DNA of 32,976 nucleotides from an uncultured Phycisphaerales bacterium. GTDB taxonomy: Bacteria > Planctomycetota > Phycisphaerae > Phycisphaerales > SM1A02. The notes under the pieces were generated by a model, which did no database searches, was not told where the DNA came from, and worked only from the letters and a program-made list of their open reading frames with translations. Positions within the stretch are counted from its first letter, which is position 1. Every line of letters begins with the position of its first letter. The translations under genes and the position numbers were made by a program. Positions 16,277 through 24,030 of the stretch are shown one piece after another. The stretch covers positions 1-32,976 of the forward strand of contig CALKEP010000026.1 in assembly GCA_938084645.1 (NCBI GenBank), in the 5' to 3' direction.

Positions 16277-17772
16277 GTCTCGCCCGAGGTCCGCGGACCG
16301 CGCGGACGAAGGTCGTCGCCACGGTCGGACCGGCATGCGACTCCGCCGACGGACTGGAGGCCATCGTCGCCGCCGGGGCCGATGTCCTGCGGCTCAATCT
16401 GAGCCACGGCACGCTCGAGACGCATCAGGCGACACTCTCCAGAATCCGGGCACTCGAAGCCCGCCTCGACCGACCGATCGCGATCATGGCCGATCTTCCG
16501 GGGCCGAAGATTCGACTCGGTGCGCGGGTCGAGCATGAAGTGGTCACCGGGACCGAGGTGATGCTGCGACCGCCGGACGGCGCCTCGGGCCCGTTGAGTG
16601 CATCGGAATCATCGATCGCTTCGATCGAGATCGATGCGGACGGCGTGCTGGAAGCCGTCGGGATCGGTGATCGCGTGCTGCTTGATGACGGCAACATCCG
16701 GCTGCGAGCGGTCGCGATCGAGCGAGTGGAGTCGCGGACGTGCGTCCGATGTTCGGTGATCGAAGGTGGACCGCTGCGTCCACGGCTGGGCGTCAACCTC
16801 CCCGACAGCGATCCGGATCTTCCGGCGGTCACGCCGCGTGACCTCGAACTGGCAAGGGCGATGGCCGCCAGCGGTGTCGACTATCTCGCGGTCAGCTTCG
16901 TTCGCGACGGCGACGATCTGCGTCGACTTCGGGCGGGGCTCGAGGCGGACGGCGTGACGCCTGGACTCGTGTCGAAGATCGAACGCCCCGCGGCGGTACG
17001 TGGCATCGGCGACGTGATCGCGGCGAGCGATGCGGTCCTCGTGGCGCGAGGCGATCTCGGCGTGGAGATGGACATCGCGGACGTGCCGGTGACCCAGAAG
17101 CGAATCGTCGCGGCGGCGGTGGCGGCGGGCCGGCCGGTCATCGTCGCGACCCAGATGCTCCAGAGCATGATCGACGCACCGACGCCGACCCGTGCCGAGG
17201 CGACCGACGTGGCGAACGCGATTCTCGACGGCACCGATGCCTTGATGCTGAGCGGGGAGACCGCGATCGGATCGCATCCCGTCCGCGCGGTCGAGATGCT
17301 CGGTCGGATCGCCTGTGCCACCGAGGCCTGGGAGGACGAGCGCGAGGGACCCGTCGCCCCCGAGGCGTCGCTGGTGGAGATGGCGGATCCGTGGATGCCG
17401 GCGATCGCCGCCGGAGCGCGTCGGATCGCCCACGAAATCGAGGCGGTCGCGGTGCTCGCGTGGTCCCATGACGAACACACCGCGTGGCTGCTGAGTCGCG
17501 AGCGTTTCCGGATTCCCATCATCGTCTTCACCAGCGAGCCGCGACTCGCCCGGCGGATGCGACTGCTTCGCGGCGTGCGGCCGCTGGTGGTGTCGCCGGT
17601 CTCCGGTCGCGGGGCCTTTCTCCGGATCGCGGTCCGAACGGCGCTCGACACCGGGATCGCCGACGTGGGGGACGCCTGCGTGTTCGTCCATGGATCGGGG
17701 CGCGACTCCGATCGACCCACGGATGCGATCGGCGTCCTGCGGGTGGGGGACGAGGGAGCGGCGAAGGCTTGA
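16273..17772 (+). CDS. pyk: Pyruvate kinase
   Basis: RTKVVATVGPA, RLNLSHG, DLPGPKIR, SKIERP, VARGDLGVE, ATQMLQSM, PTRAEATDVANAILDGTDALMLSGETA. ATGA overlap. Confidence 0.97.
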   Translation: MSLARGPRTARTKVVATVGPACDSADGLEAIVAAGADVLRLNLSHGTLETHQATLSRIRALEARLDRPIAIMADLPGPKIRLGARVEHEVVTGTEVMLRPPDGASGPLSASESSIASIEIDADGVLEAVGIGDRVLLDDGNIRLRAVAIERVESRTCVRCSVIEGGPLRPRLGVNLPDSDPDLPAVTPRDLELARAMAASGVDYLAVSFVRDGDDLRRLRAGLEADGVTPGLVSKIERPAAVRGIGDVIAASDAVLVARGDLGVEMDIADVPVTQKRIVAAAVAAGRPVIVATQMLQSMIDAPTPTRAEATDVANAILDGTDALMLSGETAIGSHPVRAVEMLGRIACATEAWEDEREGPVAPEASLVEMADPWMPAIAAGARRIAHEIEAVAVLAWSHDEHTAWLLSRERFRIPIIVFTSEPRLARRMRLLRGVRPLVVSPVSGRGAFLRIAVRTALDTGIADVGDACVFVHGSGRDSDRPTDAIGVLRVGDEGAAKA

Positions 17773-19028
17773 TCCGCACCGCCGTGACCATCTCGGTCGG
17801 AGACGAACTTCTCGCGGGCGAGACCCTCGACACGCATGGGCGTCATCTCGCAGGGGTGCTCGCGGACCGAGGGTGCCGCGTGCTCGAACATCGCGTGGAA
17901 GGGGACGACGTCGACGCGATCGCGGCCGCCATCCGCGACGCCGCCGGTCGGGTGGGCCTCGTGGTGGTCACCGGAGGACTCGGACCGACACTCGACGACG
18001 TCTCCCGGGACGGCCTCGCCCGCGCCATGCAGTCGCCGTTGGTCGAGGATGCGACCGCCCGTCGAGATCTCGAAGCCTGGTACGCGGGGCGACGACGTCC
18101 GATGCCGACCGGCAACCTCCGGCAGACGCTGCGACCGGAAACCGCGATCTGTCTCGCGAACCCGAACGGAACCGCGCCCGGCCTGCAGGGGCGAATCGGC
18201 GACGCCGAGGTCGTGCTGCTGCCCGGCCCCCCGCGTGAAATGCATCCGATGTTCGATCGAGTGCTCGATGCACTCCCGCTGGCGACCCCCAGGCCCACGA
18301 TCGTGGTTCGTGCGTCGGGCATCGGTGAGTCGGATGCGGCGTCCTTGATCGAGTCGCTGATGGATCGCGACAACGACCTTCCGGTCGCGACCACCGTTTC
18401 GCAGGGCATCCTGTCCGCGCGGATCCGGGGCCGGGACGAGGGCGACCGTCCGCGGCTCGAGACGATGGCGTCGACCATCGAAGCGGCCTGGCGGCCTTTC
18501 GTGTTCGGACGGGGCGACGCCACGCTCGCCGAGCGCGTCGGCAGCGATCTCGCCGGCGCCGGTCTGACGCTCGCGAGCGCGGAGAGCTGCACCGGTGGCA
18601 TGATCGGAGGGGCGATCACCGATGTCGCGGGGTCGAGTCGCTGGTATCGAGGGGGTTGGGTCACGTACGAGAATCGTCGCAAGATCGAGGACCTCGGGGT
18701 CGATCCACGCGTCATCGCGCAGGACGGCGCCGTGTCGAAGTCGGTCGTCACCGCGATGGCGACCGGGGCGGCGAAGCGATCCGGGGCCGATCTCGGGGTC
18801 GCGACCTCCGGTGTCGCCGGACCGGATGGAGGGTCGGCGGAGAAACCGGTCGGTACGGTCTGGATCGCGGTCTCCGACGCCGATGGCGTCGACGTCCGAT
18901 GTTTCCGTTTTCCCGGGGATCGAAGCGTGGTTCGATCCCGCGCGGTGGCCACCGCCCTCCAGATGATTCGATTCCGCACCAGCGGCGTGGACGCGTCGCT
19001 CCTCTGGGAGCGGACGGAGACGTCATGA
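17769..19028 (+). CDS. cinA: CinA family protein (MoCF-like N-domain plus PncC NMN deamidase domain)
   Basis: SVGDELLAG..LDTH, TGGLGPTLDD, GTAPG, LPGPPREM, AESCTGG, GSSRWYRGGWVTYEN, GAVS, SGVAGPDGGSAEKPVGTVWI. TTG start overlaps the pyk stop. Confidence 0.93.
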   Translation: MIRTAVTISVGDELLAGETLDTHGRHLAGVLADRGCRVLEHRVEGDDVDAIAAAIRDAAGRVGLVVVTGGLGPTLDDVSRDGLARAMQSPLVEDATARRDLEAWYAGRRRPMPTGNLRQTLRPETAICLANPNGTAPGLQGRIGDAEVVLLPGPPREMHPMFDRVLDALPLATPRPTIVVRASGIGESDAASLIESLMDRDNDLPVATTVSQGILSARIRGRDEGDRPRLETMASTIEAAWRPFVFGRGDATLAERVGSDLAGAGLTLASAESCTGGMIGGAITDVAGSSRWYRGGWVTYENRRKIEDLGVDPRVIAQDGAVSKSVVTAMATGAAKRSGADLGVATSGVAGPDGGSAEKPVGTVWIAVSDADGVDVRCFRFPGDRSVVRSRAVATALQMIRFRTSGVDASLLWERTETS

Positions 19029-19531
19029 ACGAGGATCGCGTGCTCCAGTCGACGCCGGTCTGGCGGACCTTCGCGGTGGGGGTCGGTTCGAATCTCGGTG
19101 ATCGGCGTGGTCAGATCGATCGGGCGTTCGAACTCCTCGCGGGCACGCCCGGCGTTCGCGAGCTTCGGCGTGGCCCGCTGCTCGAATCGGAGCCGGTGCT
19201 GCCGGTCGGCGAGACGACGCCGCATCCGGACTACTTGAACACGGTGTTCGGTGGTGAGACATGCCTCGGCCCGCGTCCAGTGCTGGCGAGGCTGCTCGCG
19301 ATCGAGTCCGGTTTCGGTCGACGTCGGGGACCTGGATGCCGGCCAAGGACCCTCGATCTCGATCTCCTTTTCGTGGGTGATCTGCGGGTCTCCGAGTCGG
19401 GGCTCGAGCTTCCTCACCCTCGGATGTGGTCCAGAGACTTCGTGGTGACGCCGCTCCGAGCGCTGTTTCCCGAGCTTGGACCCTCCGAGACGCAGGTTTC
19501 AGGCGACGGCGGCGGGGTTTCGACGGTCTGA
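19025..19531 (+). CDS. folK: 2-amino-4-hydroxy-6-hydroxymethyldihydropteridine diphosphokinase
   Basis: VGSNLGDR, YLNTV, IESGFGR, PRTLDLDLL, LPHPRMWSRDFVVTPL. Confidence 0.95.
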   Translation: MNEDRVLQSTPVWRTFAVGVGSNLGDRRGQIDRAFELLAGTPGVRELRRGPLLESEPVLPVGETTPHPDYLNTVFGGETCLGPRPVLARLLAIESGFGRRRGPGCRPRTLDLDLLFVGDLRVSESGLELPHPRMWSRDFVVTPLRALFPELGPSETQVSGDGGGVSTV

Positions 19532-19686
19532 GGCGGTATTCCGGGAACCCGGTGGGGTGTCGGCCGGTAGGATCCTGCTCCTCGTCGGCGGCGTGTGCCC
19601 CGATGTCGAACGGCCGATCCGCTCGGCCCGGGCCTTCGTACCCACCCCTCGGCGCGTTTCGCGTCACTTCACCGGAGTTGGTTCCC

Positions 19687-20979
19687 ATGAGACAGTTGAC
19701 CGCCGCGCTCGCCGCCGGTGCCGTGTTCGCCACCGTCCTTCCCGCCTTCGCGCAGGAGCCGCCGACGCCGCCCAAGGCTTCGTCGCCCGCCACCGGATTC
19801 TCGAAGGCGGATCCCGCCTCCTTCACCGAAGCGGACCGCGCGCCCGAAGCGATCGCGAACGGCGTCAAGCAGTTCGCCCGGACGGGGGAGGCCTATCGCA
19901 AGGCACCCGCGCTCGTCGAGAACATCGTGATCGACGTGATGGCGCCGATGGGCAACCAGAAGACCCTGATCGATTCCAAGTGGGGTGCCGACGGCGCGTT
20001 CGACATCATGGTGGACGGTCAGATGCGCATGCTGTCGACCAAGGACACGTTCTTCATGCTGATGCCGTCGGACGAATCGCGATACATGTCGCAGGAGATC
20101 CTCGACGGGAACGTCGAGTCCGCGGTTCTGGCGGCCACCGGCGGCGGGGGCGTTCCGGATCCGGCGTATCTCTTCCGGGTGGGTGATCCCGCCAAGTTGA
20201 AGCCGGAGCAGATTCCGGGCATGTTCGGGCTCGGCGCGATCGCCGATCCGAAACTCACGGGATTCCGCAAGGTCGACGCCGGTTTCCAGGCGATGCTCGA
20301 GGGCGAGGGTGGCCAGGCCATCGTCTCCATGAACGCGAAGACGGGACTCGTCGATCGAATCGACCTGAAGGTGATGCCTCCCGGCATGCCCGCAGGCGCC
20401 GGCATCGACGTCGCCTTCACCATCAAGAACAAGATCGAGAAGATGCTCGCCACGCCGATCGCGTTCGACACGGCCGGCAAGACCCGTGTGGACAGCCCCG
20501 ACCAGCTCGGCCCGCAGCCCCTGACCGTCGGTGCCGAAGCCCCCGATTTCGAACTGAAGTCGTTCGACGGCGAGACCGTCAAGCTCTCGAGCCTTCGCGG
20601 GCAGGTCGTGGTGCTCGACTTCTGGGCGACCTGGTGCGGCCCCTGCAAGCGTGGCCTCCCGGTGCTGAACGAGGTCGTCAAGTGGGCCGCGGCGGAAGGC
20701 CTTCCGGTGAAGTTCTTCGGCGTCAACTCCTGGGAGCAGGGCGAAGCCGCCGCGAAGCTCGCCGGGGCGAAGGCGTACTGGGACGGTCAGAAGTTCGCGT
20801 TCCAGAGCCTCTTCGACAGTGACGATTCGGTGATCGGCAAGTACGGCGTGACCGGGATCCCCACCAGTTTCATCATCGGTCGGGACGGCAAGGTCGAGGT
20901 CGTGCATCAGGGCTTCGATCCCGCGATGGTCGACACCATGAAGGCCGAACTGAAGACCGCCGCCGGTGAAAAGGGCTGA
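19687..20979 (+). CDS. Exported TlpA-family thiol-disulfide oxidoreductase with N-terminal LolA/DUF2092-like domain
   Basis: Signal peptide ending AFA|QE. C-terminal APDFELK...VVVLDFWATWCGPC...YGVTGIPT. GGAG SD at 19674-19677. Confidence 0.88.
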   Translation: MRQLTAALAAGAVFATVLPAFAQEPPTPPKASSPATGFSKADPASFTEADRAPEAIANGVKQFARTGEAYRKAPALVENIVIDVMAPMGNQKTLIDSKWGADGAFDIMVDGQMRMLSTKDTFFMLMPSDESRYMSQEILDGNVESAVLAATGGGGVPDPAYLFRVGDPAKLKPEQIPGMFGLGAIADPKLTGFRKVDAGFQAMLEGEGGQAIVSMNAKTGLVDRIDLKVMPPGMPAGAGIDVAFTIKNKIEKMLATPIAFDTAGKTRVDSPDQLGPQPLTVGAEAPDFELKSFDGETVKLSSLRGQVVVLDFWATWCGPCKRGLPVLNEVVKWAAAEGLPVKFFGVNSWEQGEAAAKLAGAKAYWDGQKFAFQSLFDSDDSVIGKYGVTGIPTSFIIGRDGKVEVVHQGFDPAMVDTMKAELKTAAGEKG

Positions 20980-21005
20980 TCCAGCCCCTTGAACCGATGC
21001 TCGTC

Positions 21006-21051
21006 GACACCGCCCGATCGCGAAGAGATTCGTCATCGGGCGGTGTTCTTC
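21006..21051 (+). terminator. Putative terminator hairpin after the first TlpA gene
   Basis: gacaccgcccgat (21006-21018) pairs with atcgggcggtgtt (21035-21047), followed by cttc. The U-tract is weak. Confidence 0.55.
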
Positions 21052-21136
21052 GTACGTACCATGTGAAGGGGGTCCGGGAGGCCGACGGTGTCGTCGAGCA
21101 TCATCCAGGCACCTCGACGGCGAGGAGTTTCACGGC

Positions 21137-22483
21137 ATGAACGACCAACAACGATTCGATCCCCATGCGACGGTCTCGGGAGGGCGTGTTCTCGCGCGAG
21201 TGCAGTTGATGATCGTCGTCGCGATGCTCATGGTGTTCGCCCGACCCGCCGTCGGGCAGATGCTCGATGCGGACCCCGACGCGTCGAAGGCGCTGCGGGC
21301 GGTCATCGATGCCGTGCGGGCGAAGCCGATTCGGATTCGTGAGCAGGTCGTCATCTCCACCGTGGAGGGCGAGCGTCGCGCCGACGCGGCCCCGCGCACC
21401 GCGGTCTGGACCATCGTTCCCGATCGAGGGGCGATCGCGGCGTTCGATGGATTCCGCATCCGGCTTGCCGACGGCCTCGTCCGCACCACCCACGAGTCCT
21501 CCGACGGTCTCTATCACGAACGGAAGGACGACGGCTCGCCCTACTACGGCCTGCTCGCGACCTTCAGCGATCTTCCGTGGCCGACGCTGGCGCTCGGGCT
21601 GGGCGAACCGGTTCCCGAAGAGTGCGCCATGCAGCTCCATTCACGGGCGCCCTGGCTTCAGCCGACTTCGGTGAAGACCGTGGAGGTGGCGGGCCGGGAG
21701 CGACGGCGCATCGGGCTCGCCAGCGACTTCGAGGAGATGCGGATCGACGTCGACCCGAAGACGAACCTTCCGATCGAAGCCTTCGTCCGCATCCATGACG
21801 GGATCTTCGTGACGGATGGAATCGAGCTCGAGTACGCCTACAGCTACGAGATCGAATCGGTCGAACCGAAGGCCGAGGTGCTCGAGATGCCGATCGGGAC
21901 TCGGCAGCGGGTCGACAGTGCGGCGGCTCTGGCGAAGGCGGCTCCGCGGGCCGGCGGAGAACGCCTCCGCGGCGGCGGGCTCGCCGCGGGGCGAACCGCG
22001 CCCGACGTGGATCTTCCCGGGGTCGAGGGGCTCGGATTCGAGCTTGCGGCGGCCCGGGGCAAGGTCGTGGTGCTCGATTTCTGGGCGACGTGGTGCGGGC
22101 CGTGCCGGGCGGCGCTGCCGGCGCTCGCCGAACTCGCGGCGTGGGGCGAGGCCAACGGACTCCCGCTCGAGGTCGTGGCCGTGAACACCAGTGAACAATC
22201 CCGGACGCTCGAGGCACGACGCACCCGGATCAAGGCGTTTCTCGCGGAGCAGGGGCCCCGGGTGGCCGGGCTCGACATCGCGCTCGATCTCGATGGTGCG
22301 GTGGCGGAGGCGTATCGCGTCCGCGGGCTCCCGACCACGGTGATCATCGATGCCGACGGACGGATCGTCTCGGTGCGGACCGGATTCGGGCCCGGGTCCG
22401 AGGAACGGCTCCGTTCGGACATCCTCGACCTCTTCGAGGGTGGGGATCCGGCCCCCGAAGCCGACGAGGACGATGTCGTCTGA
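21137..22483 (+). CDS. Second exported TlpA-family oxidoreductase with N-terminal LolA-like domain
   Basis: SD GAGGAG, signal peptide, VVVLDFWATWCGPC and YRVRGLPTTVIID. Confidence 0.88.
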   Translation: MNDQQRFDPHATVSGGRVLARVQLMIVVAMLMVFARPAVGQMLDADPDASKALRAVIDAVRAKPIRIREQVVISTVEGERRADAAPRTAVWTIVPDRGAIAAFDGFRIRLADGLVRTTHESSDGLYHERKDDGSPYYGLLATFSDLPWPTLALGLGEPVPEECAMQLHSRAPWLQPTSVKTVEVAGRERRRIGLASDFEEMRIDVDPKTNLPIEAFVRIHDGIFVTDGIELEYAYSYEIESVEPKAEVLEMPIGTRQRVDSAAALAKAAPRAGGERLRGGGLAAGRTAPDVDLPGVEGLGFELAAARGKVVVLDFWATWCGPCRAALPALAELAAWGEANGLPLEVVAVNTSEQSRTLEARRTRIKAFLAEQGPRVAGLDIALDLDGAVAEAYRVRGLPTTVIIDADGRIVSVRTGFGPGSEERLRSDILDLFEGGDPAPEADEDDVV

Positions 22484-22508
22484 CGCCCGGGTCGATACCA
22501 TCCACCGC

Positions 22509-22997
22509 ATGAGCAACGAAGCCCAGAACCCGACGGATGCCGCCTCGATCGATGTCGACGTGCCCCTGGACGATGCCGTGGTCCTGCTTGTCGACGACAA
22601 CGAACAGAACCTCGAACTCATGCAGGCCTATCTCGACGATCTGCCCTGTCGGACCGAGACGGCGATGGACGGCGTCGAGGCGATGGAGCGGATCGCTCGA
22701 CATCGCCCGGACCTGGTCCTGCTCGACGTCATGATGCCGCGGATGTCCGGCTTCGAGGTGTGCCAGAAGATCAAGGCGAATCCCGACACTCGGGACACCG
22801 CGATCATCATGGTCACGGCGCTCAACGAGGTGCCCGATTATGAACGCGCGGTCGAGAGCGGTACCGACGACTTTCTCTCCAAGCCGGTCAACAAGCTGGA
22901 ACTGATCACCCGGGTCAGGAGCCTGCTTCGCGTGACGCTTCTCCGCAAGCGGCTCGCCGATCTGCTGAAGGACGCGTCGGACACGCCGACTGCCTGA
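22509..22997 (+). CDS. Single-domain response regulator (receiver only)
   Basis: LLVDD, PDLVLLDVMMP (phospho-Asp), MVTA, DDFLSKP. No output domain. TACCAT lies 7 nt upstream. Confidence 0.93.
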   Translation: MSNEAQNPTDAASIDVDVPLDDAVVLLVDDNEQNLELMQAYLDDLPCRTETAMDGVEAMERIARHRPDLVLLDVMMPRMSGFEVCQKIKANPDTRDTAIIMVTALNEVPDYERAVESGTDDFLSKPVNKLELITRVRSLLRVTLLRKRLADLLKDASDTPTA

Positions 22998-23043
22998 GCG
23001 ACGGGTTCGCCTTCCGTCGACCGCTTGGATTCAATGCATGCAG

Positions 23044-23085
23044 ACCGCCCCGCGTCGTCGAGCGACGCGGGGCGGTTGGTTGTTG
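23044..23085 (+). terminator. Strong hairpin between convergent genes, probably a bidirectional terminator
   Basis: Perfect 14-bp stem accgccccgcgtcg-tcgag-cgacgcggggcggt followed by tggttgttg. Confidence 0.65.
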
Positions 23086-23119
23086 ATCGGGGCTGCTGGT
23101 CGGACGGCCGACGTGGGGA

Positions 23120-23320
23120 TCACCCGGCGTTTCGAACCAGCATCGACGGTGAATCGGCGGGACGCCGCCAGCGACTCTGGCCGCCACGCGGTTCCTGTCC
23201 GTGGAGCAGGTGATCGAGGTATCGACGAAGGGAGTCGTCGTCGAACTGGCTGAGCCAGTCCCGGCGGGCGGAACCGTTGTATTCGCGGATGGCCTCGATC
23301 AGGTGGTCCTTGGCGGGCAT
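23120..23320 (-). CDS. Small hypothetical protein (66 aa)
   Basis: MPAKDHLIEAIREYNGSARRDWLSQFDDDSLRRYLDHL..., amphipathic helical composition unlike the shadow ORFs. SD GGAGAG upstream. Confidence 0.75.
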   Translation of the reverse strand: MPAKDHLIEAIREYNGSARRDWLSQFDDDSLRRYLDHLLHGQEPRGGQSRWRRPADSPSMLVRNAG

Positions 23321-23652
23321 GGGCGGTTCTCTCCAGGATTCGGGAAGGGGATTTCGGAATCTTCGCGTGCCGGAGCGACTTGGTGCGGGCCGGGGCTCGT
23401 ATCGGCACCGTTCCATTCCCTCTGGCAGAGGAGGTCTTCGGCACGGCCTCCGTTCGAGGTCGACCGAATAACAACGGGTAACACGTCCGATTCACGATCT
23501 TTTCGGACCTTCCGGCGAGGTGGCCACCCCATGGTGGTGCAACCTCGCCACCCACCACATCGGATGGTGTCGGTCATTGTCCGAAAAAAAGTCGTTCGCA
23601 GGGTCCGGGCCGGACGCCGGACTCCCCGTCGAGCCCCCGAAGGGGACCCGAA

Positions 23653-23997
23653 TCAGTCCTCGCGGAAGGCCAGCTTGGCCCGGTTCACGTCGGGGTGGAT
23701 GGACAGGACGACGTTCAGGCGGGTGATCTGGAGCACCTGGGCCACGATTCCATTGACCGCGGCGACCTTCACCTCGGCGCCGTGGGTGCGTCCCCGGCTG
23801 TGGAGCATCAGGAGCGTCGCGAGCCCCGCGCTGGAGATGACCTTCAAGTCGCTGCAGTCCACGATGATCTTGCGGGCGCCCCGGTCGATGACCTTGACGA
23901 CGTCGTCGATCAGCTGTTCGGCGTTGTCACCGTTGATCCCGCCATCGGCGCGGAGCACGTGCACGCCGTCATCGATCTCTTCGAGCTGGATTTCCAT
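23653..23997 (-). CDS. STAS domain protein (anti-sigma factor antagonist)
   Basis: IIVDCSDLKVISSAGLATL (phosphorylatable Ser motif) and VLQITRL. SD GGAGA upstream. Confidence 0.92.
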   Translation of the reverse strand: MEIQLEEIDDGVHVLRADGGINGDNAEQLIDDVVKVIDRGARKIIVDCSDLKVISSAGLATLLMLHSRGRTHGAEVKVAAVNGIVAQVLQITRLNVVLSIHPDVNRAKLAFRED

Positions 23998-24030
23998 GGC
24001 GAGTCTCCGTTCGAGCGATTCGAGGCGGGG

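Noticed and set aside
20600..22110. Near-identical DNA stretch (gtcgtggtgctcga.ttctgggcgac.tggtgcgg) in both TlpA genes as a possible repeat or selenoprotein site
   Set aside because: It is explained by the conserved active-site peptide of paralogues. Both CxxC motifs use TGC codons and there is no in-frame TGA.
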